NCBI GenBank assembly: GCA_050014195.1
Contig: JBEKDT010000002.1
Span: 123,775 to 187,774, forward strand
Origin: Desulfomonilia bacterium
GTDB lineage: Bacteria; Desulfobacterota; Desulfomonilia; UBA1062
Direction of reading: 5' to 3'
Length of the DNA: 64,000 nucleotides
The stretch's first letter is position 1; every line of letters starts with the position of its first letter. Position numbers and translations under genes: made by a program. Under the pieces are notes generated by a model that saw only the letters and a program-made list of their open reading frames with translations, was not told the DNA's origin and ran no database searches. Below are positions 1 to 10,842 of this stretch, in pieces.

Positions 1-315
1 GTTCTCGTTGCCCCCATCCTTGCCATACCCAAGGTATTGAAGAAGGAAGGGATCGGGCTTAAAGACGTGGACTTCTTTGAGATTAATGAGGCCTTTGCAG
101 GTTCGACCCTGGCGGTCATCCGTGAGCTCGGCATCGACATGGACAAGGTGAACGTAAACGGCGGCAGCATTGCGCTGGGCCACCCGATAGGCTCCAGCGG
201 TACCCGTGTATTCACCACCCTGATCCATGAGATGAAACGCAAGGACAAGACCATAGGCCTGGCAACGCTCTGCCTGGGCGGGGGCGAGGCAGTGGCTTTG
301 ATTGTAAGGCGTTAG
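1..315 (+). CDS. acetyl-CoA C-acetyltransferase (thiolase), C-terminal fragment entering from the left edge
   Basis: Frame 1 is open from nt 1. The translation ...INEAFAGSTLAVIRELG...NVNGGSIALGHPIGSSGTR...CLGGGEAVALIV shows the thiolase C-terminal His (GHP) and Cys (CxGGG) motifs. Track ORF 37..315 starts only at the first internal Met. Confidence 0.9.
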   Translation, partial: VLVAPILAIPKVLKKEGIGLKDVDFFEINEAFAGSTLAVIRELGIDMDKVNVNGGSIALGHPIGSSGTRVFTTLIHEMKRKDKTIGLATLCLGGGEAVALIVRR

Positions 316-353
316 TGGATATCGTTTCCCTCTAAATATAAAAGGAGCAAACC

Positions 354-1205
<852 letters not shown>

Positions 1206-1227
1206 AAACTAAAGGCGCCTGGTAATT

Positions 1228-1286
1228 GAGGAGCACCTTCCGGTGCGACCCATTCCCAATGTCGCGGCTAAAGCCGCTCCTACAAT
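1228..1286. repeat. REP-like intergenic repeat, copy 1 (contains hairpin GCGGCT-AA-AGCCGC)
   Basis: GAGGAGCACCTTCCGGTGCGACCCATTCCCAATGTCGCGGCTAAAGCCGCTCCTACAAT. A near-identical second copy lies 80 nt downstream. Confidence 0.8.
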
Positions 1287-1307
1287 ATACAACATATTAT
1301 CGAGATG

Positions 1308-1367
1308 GAGGAGAGCCTTCAGGCGCGACCCATTTTTGGATGTCGCGGCTAAAGCCGCTCCTACAAT
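1308..1367. repeat. REP-like intergenic repeat, copy 2
   Basis: GAGGAGAGCCTTCAGGCGCGACCCATTTTTGGATGTCGCGGCTAAAGCCGCTCCTACAAT. It is a direct repeat of copy 1 and produces the spurious VAAKAAPT..VAAKAAPT track ORF 1243..1467. Confidence 0.8.
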
Positions 1368-1438
1368 TATTCATTCTGGTCGGATGATTCAGTTTCTCGT
1401 CACTATTCACCAGTCGCTTCCTTTCCGATCACTGCTCA

Positions 1439-2194
1439 CTATTTGTCCGCCCTGTATACCTCAATAAACTCCACATACGAGATAGACTTTTCATTGGTGT
1501 TGTCAGAGTCGTTCATGATGCCGATGGTGGCGTGTCTGGGCGGCTTCTTTTTGAAGATTTCTTCGTAATCCTTCAGGATATTAACTTCTTCATCGACCCA
1601 TTGCCCTACATGACTGCTGCCTTTTTCAAGGAATAACATCCTGTTCCGGTCCGTATATGGGCTTGCAATAGTTCTCTCAGGAAGGACCTTGCTCGACCAA
1701 ACATAATTCAGGGAGCCCCATGGCGGATATTCGCCATAGATGAGCCTGGCTGCATTGAAGATGGCACGATCGATGGGCCCTGCCTTCTGCGGATCATACT
1801 CAAAGGCGATATAGATCCTGATGGGATAATCATCCCCGGATTTCACTTTTGGGTCGGCATTTTTATAGATGTTCGAGACCTTCCAGCGCCACCTTATATT
1901 CGGATATTCATAGACATCAAATGGTCTCTTGCAGACAAGCAGAGATGCGGATGCATCGCTCCTGGCCGCCAGATAGGATTCCGCACCCGATCTTTCAATC
2001 CTGTACACGGTGTGTTGTGATATCTTGGGAAAGAAGACATCTTTCCATGCGGACAGGTCATTGAAATCTTCCCGGAATAAGACCTGACCGCTTGCGGAAA
2101 AGGCAGGGCATGCAAGCACGCCGATGAAAAGTGCTAACCATGCCAGCGTTCGTACAAGGATTCCCTCATCGAGGGGGGAATTTGATGTGTGCAT
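1439..2194 (-). CDS. secreted DUF3047-family protein
   Basis: 251 aa with an N-terminal signal-like hydrophobic segment (LAWLALFIGVLACPAFSASG). The body (WKDVFFPKISQHTVY...ARSDASASLL...WRWKV...KSGDDYPIRIYIAF) matches my recollection of DUF3047. Confidence 0.65.
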   Translation of the reverse strand: MHTSNSPLDEGILVRTLAWLALFIGVLACPAFSASGQVLFREDFNDLSAWKDVFFPKISQHTVYRIERSGAESYLAARSDASASLLVCKRPFDVYEYPNIRWRWKVSNIYKNADPKVKSGDDYPIRIYIAFEYDPQKAGPIDRAIFNAARLIYGEYPPWGSLNYVWSSKVLPERTIASPYTDRNRMLFLEKGSSHVGQWVDEEVNILKDYEEIFKKKPPRHATIGIMNDSDNTNEKSISYVEFIEVYRADK

Positions 2195-2229
2195 AATGTA
2201 TACCCTTGTCTTTAAAAATCAATCCGTAT

Positions 2230-3618
2230 TCAGGCTCTGCGAGTTATTCTTTTTTTTGCAGCAATGATCAGCTGTTTCATCCATATGCCTATGGATCGCT
2301 CCCTGCTCCGATAAAGGACTGCAAGGTCATCAATCGGCATGCCGAGAAAGAACCCCACCATGGCGAGCTGGTTCAGGACCAAGGCTCTGAAGGGGCTGAT
2401 GGCCTGGAAGCGTCGTGAAGAGGTTGTGACCTTTGACTTCAGGGTTACGACCCTGCCAGTTTCGTGCATGGCCCGGATAAAGGCCACATCTTCCATGATA
2501 GGGACTTCGGGGAATCCCCCTGCATTATGGAAGGTACCTTTCCTCACAAAAAAACCCTGGTCGCCATAAGGAAGCTTCAGGTAACGCGACCTCAGATTCG
2601 CCCCAAAGGCAATGAGATCCATCACAAAATCGCCCTCATGGAAGCTCAGGCTGAAGGCCCCGGCAGCAACATCGGAATCGGCCAGTGCCGACCTGATAGC
2701 GTCATCATATCCACGTGGCAGCACGGAATCGGCATGTACGAAGAGGAGGATATCGCCAAGTGCATGCCCGACCCCCTCGTTCATCTGGGCCGCCCTTCCC
2801 TTGCACGTTGGAACAACCCTTGCCCCCAAGCTTGCTGAGAGCTCTCGTGTGCCGTCAATGCTGCCGCCGTCGGCCACGATCACCTCCACATTCTTCCCTG
2901 CAAGAGCACTCTTTAGAGTCTTCCTGATAAAGGTCTTTTCATCGATTGCAGGGATGATGACCGAAATCATGGGCAGTGAACGCGCTTTCGCCGCCTCATG
3001 CCATGAGGGAAGGTCCTCAGGCCGGTCTATGTCCGAGAGCCTGTCTAGGAGGACCGCTTGAAGGCCGATACCTTTTATGATCTCATAAGTATGTTTCAGG
3101 ACTTTGCCGGTGCCCCAGGGTATGGACCGGAAGATATCCGGTATGGGCCCTTTGAGCCCTATGAGATAATATCCGCCGTCAGCGCTTGGACCGATGGCAC
3201 AATCGCACCCTTTTAAGGCAGAAAAGGCCTGCCTGAGGATGGCCGTGGTAATGCCGGGGCAATCGGTTCCGATGAGCACTACACGCTGCGATCCGCCGGT
3301 AAATGCCCTTAAGAATGATGCGTGCATCTTTTCACCAAGATCGATACCTTCCTGGGGTATGAAGCTGAGCTCCGTTCCCAAAAGGGCCTCCATCTTCCGT
3401 TCATCACCACCATTATAATGAACTTCAAGGACAATGCCGTCGGTTGTCGCGAAATCGCGGGCTGTTTTCAATGTATGTTTGACCATGTCGTTCTGCAGGG
3501 CTGCTGCACCATCTTTGCCAAGAACGGGGATCAGGCGGTTCTTGACATTTCCCGGTTCAGGGTAACGGGTGAAAATGATCAGGGTGTCTTTTATCTTCAT
3601 ATCATCAACAACACTCAT
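2230..3618 (-). CDS. fused DUF2064 (TIGR04282-like) + family-2 glycosyltransferase (TIGR04283-like) protein
   Basis: 462 aa. The N-terminal half (LIIFTRYPEPGNVKNRLIPVLG...GTDCPG...DGGYYLIG...IPWGT) is DUF2064/CofC-like. The C-terminal half (ISVIIPAIDE...VIVADGGSIDGT...KGRAAQMN...LLFVHAD) is GT2. Confidence 0.75.
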   Translation of the reverse strand: MSVVDDMKIKDTLIIFTRYPEPGNVKNRLIPVLGKDGAAALQNDMVKHTLKTARDFATTDGIVLEVHYNGGDERKMEALLGTELSFIPQEGIDLGEKMHASFLRAFTGGSQRVVLIGTDCPGITTAILRQAFSALKGCDCAIGPSADGGYYLIGLKGPIPDIFRSIPWGTGKVLKHTYEIIKGIGLQAVLLDRLSDIDRPEDLPSWHEAAKARSLPMISVIIPAIDEKTFIRKTLKSALAGKNVEVIVADGGSIDGTRELSASLGARVVPTCKGRAAQMNEGVGHALGDILLFVHADSVLPRGYDDAIRSALADSDVAAGAFSLSFHEGDFVMDLIAFGANLRSRYLKLPYGDQGFFVRKGTFHNAGGFPEVPIMEDVAFIRAMHETGRVVTLKSKVTTSSRRFQAISPFRALVLNQLAMVGFFLGMPIDDLAVLYRSRERSIGIWMKQLIIAAKKRITRRA

Positions 3619-3647
3619 TGCAAGAACAGGCCAAGAGGAAATCAGTC

Positions 3648-4091
3648 TTATTTGCTCAAAGCACTTTCGAATCTCTTTCTGATCTCCTCCATGCGTTTCC
3701 GGTTCACCCCGAGGTCGGAGTAGCCCTTTCTGGAGGCGGAACGGAAGTTGATGAGCTTGTTCGTGTCATCAAAAGAGAACTCCACATCATCCACAAACCG
3801 GAATAAACGTGATGTGAACTCTGCATGAATGTAATCACCCGTATCAGTGATGACCTTTGCCCTTCTCATCGATGATATCACCTGTATAAGCCGCTGCTTT
3901 GCCTGCTCCATGGTCCCGGTGTACCTGATAGGATCGATGCGGTGAGTATCATCCTGTGCCTGGGTTGAAACGCAGTTGGGGCTGCCTGGACATGGTGCAA
4001 ACTTCCCTTCCTTCACCCCGAGCATGGATGGCCTGGTGCCCGAGCAGCATGATAGGAACAGACACAACATGATGGCACTGCCTATCTTCAT
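3648..4091 (-). CDS. DUF1499-family lipoprotein
   Basis: 147 aa. Lipobox LFLSCCSG. Motifs SPNCVST, YIHAEFTSRLFRFVDDVEF and RSASRKGYSDLGVNRKRMEEIR fit DUF1499. Confidence 0.7.
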   Translation of the reverse strand: MKIGSAIMLCLFLSCCSGTRPSMLGVKEGKFAPCPGSPNCVSTQAQDDTHRIDPIRYTGTMEQAKQRLIQVISSMRRAKVITDTGDYIHAEFTSRLFRFVDDVEFSFDDTNKLINFRSASRKGYSDLGVNRKRMEEIRKRFESALSK

Positions 4092-4420
4092 ATCTTTCTC
4101 CTTATCTTCTCATTTACCAGCTATGATCTCTTAAGCAATAAGCTTACTATAAGAATAAGGACGGGCATTGGGAATGTCAAAGGCTCCTCCCCGGATCAGG
4201 AGGCCTGTTGCCCGGCTCCGGATTAAGGATTTTCCCTGACCCGTCACCTAACTGATAAAAAACTATACCTAAGTTCTAGACTGCTTCATATGATTATTGT
4301 AATAGAGAATCCAAAAGTGTGCCGCTCCATGTTGTCTTGAATGCCAAATCCGGTTTTATAAATGCGGCAGGCTTTTCTAGAGATGTCGTACAGAACATAG
4401 GACAGTTGGAGGTCAGATAC

Positions 4421-6490
4421 ATGTCAATAAATTCGGAACTTGATGAGCGCTGCATCAATACCATCCGCTTTCTCGCAGCAGATGCCATCCAGAAAGCAAA
4501 CTCAGGCCACCCGGGCCTTCCGCTGGGCGCAGCCCCCATGGCTTATGTGCTGTGGACCAAACACTTGAAACACAACCCTGCCAATCCCCGATGGGTGGAC
4601 AGAGACCGCTTTATCCTGTCCGCAGGCCATGGATCAGCTCTCTTATATGCCCTGCTCCACCTTACAGGTTACGATCTGCCCTTAAGTGAGCTCAAGAAGT
4701 TCCGGCAATGGGGCAGCAAGACCCCCGGACATCCTGAAAACCGTATTACTCCAGGTGTTGAAATTACCACCGGCCCTCTTGGCCAGGGAATATCGAGCGC
4801 CGTTGGAATGGCTATGGCCGAGGCGCATCTGGCCTCGGTGTACAACCGCCCGAACCATACAATCATGGACCACTACACCTACGTGCTCGCCGGCGACGGC
4901 GATCTCATGGAGGGTGTGGCCTATGAGGCGTGCTCACTTGCAGGCCACTTGGGACTTGGAAAACTCATCGTACTCTATGACAGCAACCGCATCTCGCTGG
5001 CCGGTTCGACCGAGTTGTGTTTTACTGAAAACACGGAGATGAGGTTTGAGGCCTGCGGTTGGCATACCCAGCGTGTCTATAACGGCAACGATCCGACTGA
5101 CATAGACATGGCGCTCCTATCGGCCAAGGAAGAAAAGAGCAAACCATCACTCATCATCGTAGATACGATGATCGGTTTTGGAGCTCCGAACAAGCAAGGT
5201 TCCTACAAGGTCCACGGCTCCCCGCTGGGTGAGGAGGAGCTCCGTCTTGCAAAGAAGTCTTCGGGCTGGGACGAATCCAGGCAGTTCTTTGTCCCGGATG
5301 ATGCAAACTGGCACTTCCTCAAGGCCAAAGAGCGAGGTAAAGCCCATGAATCCGACTGGCAACAGGCATTTTTCCGCTACAGCAGGTCTAACCCCGAGCT
5401 GGCAGAAGAGTTCAGGCTGAGAATAGGCGGTGAACTCCCCAAGGGGTGGGATGCCGGACTCTCCGGGCTTTTCAATGACAAAAAGCCCATCTCGACAAGA
5501 AAGGCCGGTGAGGTTGTGCTCCAGCAGCTTGCCCGGAATATACCCGCACTGGCGGGAGGCTCTGCAGACCTGAACCCCTCGACACTCACCTGGATAAAGG
5601 AGTGTGGAGACTTCCAAAGTCCCGAGCTCTGCTGCGATGACGTCCAGGGTATGGTAGGCAAGTGCTGGAATTATGAGGGAAGGAATATCCACTTCGGTGT
5701 TCGCGAGCATGCCATGGCCGCCATTATAACCGGCATGTCGCTGCATGGCGGTATGATCCCCTATGCATCAACCTTCCTTACCTTCTCCGATTACATGCGG
5801 CCGGCCATACGTATTGCGTGCCTGTCCGGAGTCCGTGCCATCTATATCTTCACTCACGACAGCATCGGCGTGGGTGAGGACGGCCCCACCCATCAACCCA
5901 TCGAGCACATCATGAACCTTCGGGGAGTGCCGAACCTTGCAGTCATACGTCCTGCAGATGCTTTCGAGACCTTGCATGCGCTCAAGATTGCGATTAACAG
6001 AACCGAGGGTCCCACGGCCCTTATCCTCACCCGTCAAGACGTTCCTGCCATTGACAGGAATAGATGTGCTCAGGCAAAAGGACTCGAGCGCGGCGGGTAT
6101 ATCCTGTGGGAGTCGGCCAAGACACTGCCCGGTGTCATCATTCTTTCAACCGGCTCTGAGCTGAGCCTTGCCCTTGAAGCCGCATATGAACTATCGAATG
6201 AGAAGATAAAGGTGCGCGTAGTCTCAATGCCGAGCTGGGAGCTTTTTGAGAAACAATGCCTTGAGTACCGGGTGAGCGTCCTCCCACCGGAGGTCAGGGC
6301 GCGCGTGGCAATCGAGGCGGGACTGAGGCTTGGATGGGAGCACTATGTGGGGCTGGACGGGGTCATCATCGGCATGGACGGCTTCGGCGCCAGTGCACCT
6401 GCAGGCGTGCTCTACGAAAAATTCGGCATCACTACCCCGGCCATTATTGAAGCGGCAAAAGCACTGGTGAAGAAAAAAGGAAAGAAGTAA
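4421..6490 (+). CDS. tkt: transketolase
   Basis: Track ORF 4319..6490. ATG 4421 is preferred because GGAGG lies 8 nt upstream and the protein then begins [32 protein letters not shown], a typical Tkt N-terminus. The TPP motif GDGDLMEG is present. Confidence 0.92.
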   Translation: MSINSELDERCINTIRFLAADAIQKANSGHPGLPLGAAPMAYVLWTKHLKHNPANPRWVDRDRFILSAGHGSALLYALLHLTGYDLPLSELKKFRQWGSKTPGHPENRITPGVEITTGPLGQGISSAVGMAMAEAHLASVYNRPNHTIMDHYTYVLAGDGDLMEGVAYEACSLAGHLGLGKLIVLYDSNRISLAGSTELCFTENTEMRFEACGWHTQRVYNGNDPTDIDMALLSAKEEKSKPSLIIVDTMIGFGAPNKQGSYKVHGSPLGEEELRLAKKSSGWDESRQFFVPDDANWHFLKAKERGKAHESDWQQAFFRYSRSNPELAEEFRLRIGGELPKGWDAGLSGLFNDKKPISTRKAGEVVLQQLARNIPALAGGSADLNPSTLTWIKECGDFQSPELCCDDVQGMVGKCWNYEGRNIHFGVREHAMAAIITGMSLHGGMIPYASTFLTFSDYMRPAIRIACLSGVRAIYIFTHDSIGVGEDGPTHQPIEHIMNLRGVPNLAVIRPADAFETLHALKIAINRTEGPTALILTRQDVPAIDRNRCAQAKGLERGGYILWESAKTLPGVIILSTGSELSLALEAAYELSNEKIKVRVVSMPSWELFEKQCLEYRVSVLPPEVRARVAIEAGLRLGWEHYVGLDGVIIGMDGFGASAPAGVLYEKFGITTPAIIEAAKALVKKKGKK

Positions 6491-6501
6491 GGAGTACATT
6501 C

Positions 6502-7590
6502 ATGGGAAAACTTCATGATCTTGCCGCTCTCGGGCAGGCTGTCTGGTTCGATTTCATTCAGAGATCATTGATCAGCTCGGGTGATCTTCAGGATCTCATC
6601 GATCAGGGCGTCCGGGGCGTGACCAGCAATCCCACTATCTTCGAGAAGGCCATCGCAGGCAGCCATGATTATGATGATGCCTTAAAGAGGCTCGCCAAGG
6701 CCGGAAAATCCGTGGATGAGATCTACGAGGAGCTCGTACTGCGTGATATCATGCTTACGGCAGATCTTTTCCTGAGCGTATATGTGAGAACCCGCGGGCT
6801 CGACGGGTATGTAAGCCTTGAGGTTAACCCTGCACTTGCCTATGATACCGACAAGACTGTTCAGGAGGCAAAAAGGCTCTTCAAAACCTTGGGCAAGCCC
6901 AACGTCATGATCAAGGTCCCTGCAACGGATGCCGGCATTCAGGCCGTTGAAGCACTCATCGCAGACGGGGTGAACGTGAATGTGACCCTGCTCTTCTCCG
7001 TGAACCAGTATGTAAAGGCTGCTGAGGCCTACCTCTCCGGGTTGGAAAAGTATCTGGCAACAGGTGGTGACATTGCTAAAGTCGCTTCCGTTGCCTCATT
7101 CTTTGTGAGCCGGGTGGACACTTCGGTAGATGCAGAACTCGAAAGGCTTGGTAACAGAAATCTGTTAGGAAAGGCCGCCATTGCCAACGCAAAGATTGCC
7201 TATGCGCGTTTCAAGGAGATCTTTTCGGGACAGCGCTGGGAGCGGCTGGCAGGGAAAGGTGCACATGTTCAGCGGGTCTTGTGGGCAAGCACCGGCACGA
7301 AGAACCCCGGATACCCCGATACCCTTTATGTCGATAAGCTTATCGGTCCCCATACGGTGAACACCTTGCCGCCCATTACCCTAGGCGCCTTCCTCGACCA
7401 TGGTCATATCGCATCCTCTCTCGATTCCCGCCTTGAACAGGCTGAGGAGGAGATTAACGAACTCATGAAACTTGGGGTTGATCTGGATGTAATCACCGGA
7501 AAGCTTGAAGAGGATGGCGTCAGGCTTTTCTCCAGGTCATTTGAATCACTTTTGAACAGTATAAAAAATAAGAAGAATGAGGTTTCATAG
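6502..7590 (+). CDS. tal: transaldolase (long form)
   Basis: 362 aa. GVTSNPTIFEKAI and MIKVPAT (Schiff-base Lys region) motifs. Confidence 0.9.
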   Translation: MGKLHDLAALGQAVWFDFIQRSLISSGDLQDLIDQGVRGVTSNPTIFEKAIAGSHDYDDALKRLAKAGKSVDEIYEELVLRDIMLTADLFLSVYVRTRGLDGYVSLEVNPALAYDTDKTVQEAKRLFKTLGKPNVMIKVPATDAGIQAVEALIADGVNVNVTLLFSVNQYVKAAEAYLSGLEKYLATGGDIAKVASVASFFVSRVDTSVDAELERLGNRNLLGKAAIANAKIAYARFKEIFSGQRWERLAGKGAHVQRVLWASTGTKNPGYPDTLYVDKLIGPHTVNTLPPITLGAFLDHGHIASSLDSRLEQAEEEINELMKLGVDLDVITGKLEEDGVRLFSRSFESLLNSIKNKKNEVS

Positions 7591-7592
7591 CC

Positions 7593-9293
7593 ATGGCAAA
7601 ATGTGAGATAAGCCTCGGTCCTTACCGATCAGCTGTGGACGAAGCCCTCAAAAAGATAGGAAGCAACAGAATTATAGAGCGCATATGGGACATGGACCAC
7701 ACGGTCTGGAAGAAAGAACCCGAAGAGATCACCAACAGACTCGGATGGCTCAGGAGCCCCATGTCCATGAGGCAGCGCACCTCGGAGCTGAGGGCATTCA
7801 CCGATGAAGTGCGCTCGGCGGGCTGCACACAAGCCCTTCTGCTCGGCATGGGCGGGTCTTCGCTCGCATCAGATACGGTGCGCCAAACTTTCGGAGTCAA
7901 GGAAGGATATCTCGACCTGGCTGTTCTCGACAGCACAGACCCTGCTGCGGTTGCCTATCAAGCCGGGAGGATTGACCCTGCAAAATGCCTTACAATCGTA
8001 TCTTCGAAATCCGGCACCACAACCGAGGTGTTATCGTTTTTTAAATACTTTTATAACCGGACGGCTCAAGCCATCGGCAAAGACAGGTCAGGCGATCATT
8101 TCATCGCCATTACGGATCCGGGCAACTCACTGAACGATCTGGCTCAGAAATGCCGTTTCCGGAAGGTGTTTGCAGGTGATGTAACGATCGGCGGCCGTTT
8201 CTCTATTTTGTCCATCTTCGGGCTCCTGCCTGCCGCCCTCATGGGTTTGGATATCGCACTCCTGCTCGACAGGGCAGTAGCCATGGTTGAGGCATGCGAG
8301 AATACGGATGTATCCTTATCCGGGGTTAATGAAGGCCTGAAACTGGGTGCGGCACTCGGTGCACTTGCACTAAACGGCAGGGATAAGCTCACCTTCTTCA
8401 TCTCTGAAAAGGCCGCAGGCTTCGGCGACTGGGTGGAGCAGCTCATCGCCGAGAGCACGGGCAAGGAGGGTAAAGGCATCCTCCCGGTAATCGGAGAGAC
8501 ACCCGACAGCCCTGAACTGTACGGCAAGGACAGGGTCTTCGTCTCCATGAAGCTCCCGGGAGATGTTGCAGACGAGCCGTCTTTAGGGAAACTCGCGGAT
8601 ATGGGCCATCCAGTGATACGAATCTTCCTGGATGACATCTATGATCTTGGCGCCCAGTTTTTCCTCTGGGAGTTTGCCATATCCGTGGCTGGAAGCGTCT
8701 TGAACATTAATCCCTTTGACCAGCCCGATGTCGAATCAGCCAAGGTGCTGTCCCGTAAGGCCATGGATGATTACCGGAAGCAGGGCCGCCTGAGCACAGA
8801 GGCACCGGCCTTGATCGATAAAAATATTTATGTGTTTGCCGATTTACCATCAAGCACCCTGAGGCAGGCCGTGCACAGTTTTCTTTCCGATGCTCCGGAT
8901 GGCGCATATATCTCCATACAGGCCTATTTAAACCCCGACCGGGAGGTTAACAAGGCTTTAAAGTCATTGAGGCTCTGCCTGTTGGATACATACCGCATCC
9001 CCACGACGCTCGGTTATGGACCGCGCTTCCTCCATTCAACCGGCCAGCTCCATAAAGGTGATGCCGGGAAAGGTCTCTTCATCCAGATCACCTGTAACGA
9101 CGTCCAAGACCTGCCGATTCCTGATGAAGCCGGCTCCGACAGCTCGTCCATGACCTTCGGCATCCTCAAGGCGGCTCAGGCCATCGGAGATGCGGCAGCA
9201 CTCAAGGCTGCAGGCAGGAAGCTCATCAGACTTCACATCGCCGGTTCCGACATCCCATCGGCGATTGAAGTTATTACTGAGGCTTTGCGTTAG
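7593..9293 (+). CDS. pgi: glucose-6-phosphate isomerase
   Basis: 566 aa. SIS-domain motifs LLLGMGGSSL and IVSSKSGTTTE. It starts 2 nt after the tal stop, in a different frame. Confidence 0.85.
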   Translation: MAKCEISLGPYRSAVDEALKKIGSNRIIERIWDMDHTVWKKEPEEITNRLGWLRSPMSMRQRTSELRAFTDEVRSAGCTQALLLGMGGSSLASDTVRQTFGVKEGYLDLAVLDSTDPAAVAYQAGRIDPAKCLTIVSSKSGTTTEVLSFFKYFYNRTAQAIGKDRSGDHFIAITDPGNSLNDLAQKCRFRKVFAGDVTIGGRFSILSIFGLLPAALMGLDIALLLDRAVAMVEACENTDVSLSGVNEGLKLGAALGALALNGRDKLTFFISEKAAGFGDWVEQLIAESTGKEGKGILPVIGETPDSPELYGKDRVFVSMKLPGDVADEPSLGKLADMGHPVIRIFLDDIYDLGAQFFLWEFAISVAGSVLNINPFDQPDVESAKVLSRKAMDDYRKQGRLSTEAPALIDKNIYVFADLPSSTLRQAVHSFLSDAPDGAYISIQAYLNPDREVNKALKSLRLCLLDTYRIPTTLGYGPRFLHSTGQLHKGDAGKGLFIQITCNDVQDLPIPDEAGSDSSSMTFGILKAAQAIGDAAALKAAGRKLIRLHIAGSDIPSAIEVITEALR

Positions 9294-9339
9294 AGACATG
9301 CCGACCTCGCTTTACCCTCTTCGTTAGGAGAAGAGTCAC

Positions 9340-10818
9340 ATGGCACATTTTGACTATGACCTCGGGATCATCGGCGGGGGAGCTGCAGGCCTTACGGCGG
9401 CAGCGGGTGCTGCACAATTCGGTGCAAAGACCATCATCATCGAAAAGTCAGGCTTGCTCGGCGGTGACTGCCTGCACTTCGGATGTGTACCGTCCAAGAC
9501 CCTCCTCCGAACCGCCTCTGTCTGGCAACTGGCCCGAAGATCCGGGGAGTTCGGCCTGCCGGGGTTAACCCTTCCGCAGGTAAACCTCGGTTCCGTCATG
9601 GACCGGGTGGCTGAAGTGATCGATACAATCCAACACCACGACTCACAGGAAAGATTCTGTTCTCTCGGAGCGCTCGTCCGTTTCGGAAATCCGGTCTTTG
9701 CTGATGACCATGTTGTGGAACTTGATGGAGAGCGAATATCGGCCAGGAGCTGGATTATAGCTACGGGGTCTTCTCCTGCCCTGCCCCCGGTCGGAGGGCT
9801 GAGCAATACCCCATTCTGGACGAATGAAACCGTGTTCTCCCAGAGAAAGCTCCCTGAGAGCCTTATCGTGCTCGGCGGAGGGCCCATCGGATGTGAAATG
9901 GCCCAGGCATTTAAGCGCCTCGGATCAAAAGTAACCATAATCGAATTTCTCGATCAGATCCTCGGACCGGAAGATCCTGATGTGGCGGATATCCTCAGAG
10001 AACGCCTCATAGGAGAAGGTGTAGAGATTCATACCAATACAAAAGCCATTACAGTTGAATCAAGGGACGCCCTCATCCTTCTCACCATAGGCCCGACTCA
10101 AGGAGAGGGCACTACACAGATAATTAAGGGAGATGCCCTGCTCGTCGCTGCAGGCAGGAAACCGAATGTGGATGGACTTGCCCTGGAATCGGCCGGTGTC
10201 TTGTATACTGGTAAAGGAATACCGGTAAATGATCGCATGAAGACGAACATCCCCCACATCTATGCCTGCGGGGATGTGAACGGCGTCATGCCCTTCACCC
10301 ACGTGGCCGGCTATGAAGGCGGTATTGCCCTGGCCAATGCGGTCCTGCGCATTCCGCGCAAGGCCGACTATACCAAGGTCGGGTGGTGCACCTACACCGA
10401 CCCCGAGATTGCGAGTATCGGGCTCAATGAGAAGCGTGCACAAAAAGAGGGCACCGCATATAGTGTCATTGAAGAGCGTTTCGATCAAAACGATCGGGCC
10501 GTTGCCGCAAGAGAACCGGGGGGCAAGATCAAGTTGCTGCTGAACACCAAGGGCTCTCCGATCGGTTGCCAGATCATCGGGGCGCATGCAGGCGAACTCA
10601 TCCATGAATGGATCATTGCCATGAACGGAAAAGTGAAACTATCCACCATGGCAGGCACCGTCCACCTTTACCCGACCCTCTCAGAGGTCTCCAAACGATC
10701 AGCCGGAGATTTTTTTGCTTCAAGACTCTTCTCTGATAAGACCAGATCCATACTCCGCCTGCTCTTCAATCTTAAGGGAAGGGCGTGCAGTGTGAATGAA
10801 GAAAGATTGAGTAAATGA
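9340..10818 (+). CDS. FAD-dependent pyridine nucleotide-disulfide oxidoreductase (dihydrolipoyl dehydrogenase / mercuric reductase-like)
   Basis: 492 aa. GGGAAG dinucleotide fold, redox-active CLHFGCVPSK, second Rossmann GGGPIGCE, and a C-terminal dimerisation domain with HxxxxE-like YPTLSE. Confidence 0.85.
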   Translation: MAHFDYDLGIIGGGAAGLTAAAGAAQFGAKTIIIEKSGLLGGDCLHFGCVPSKTLLRTASVWQLARRSGEFGLPGLTLPQVNLGSVMDRVAEVIDTIQHHDSQERFCSLGALVRFGNPVFADDHVVELDGERISARSWIIATGSSPALPPVGGLSNTPFWTNETVFSQRKLPESLIVLGGGPIGCEMAQAFKRLGSKVTIIEFLDQILGPEDPDVADILRERLIGEGVEIHTNTKAITVESRDALILLTIGPTQGEGTTQIIKGDALLVAAGRKPNVDGLALESAGVLYTGKGIPVNDRMKTNIPHIYACGDVNGVMPFTHVAGYEGGIALANAVLRIPRKADYTKVGWCTYTDPEIASIGLNEKRAQKEGTAYSVIEERFDQNDRAVAAREPGGKIKLLLNTKGSPIGCQIIGAHAGELIHEWIIAMNGKVKLSTMAGTVHLYPTLSEVSKRSAGDFFASRLFSDKTRSILRLLFNLKGRACSVNEERLSK

Positions 10819-10842
10819 GATAGGACAATCGAGGAGAGCATA

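Noticed and set aside
1243-1467. 74 aa plus-strand track ORF with a duplicated VAAKAAPT
   Set aside because: It is a translation of the two REP-like direct repeats in a convergent intergenic gap. It has no RBS and a repeat-derived sequence.
9315-9335. Hairpin CTCTTC-GTTAGGA-GAAGAG overlapping the RBS of the oxidoreductase gene
   Set aside because: It is a 6 bp stem only and could arise by chance. There is no supporting upstream leader or conserved context.
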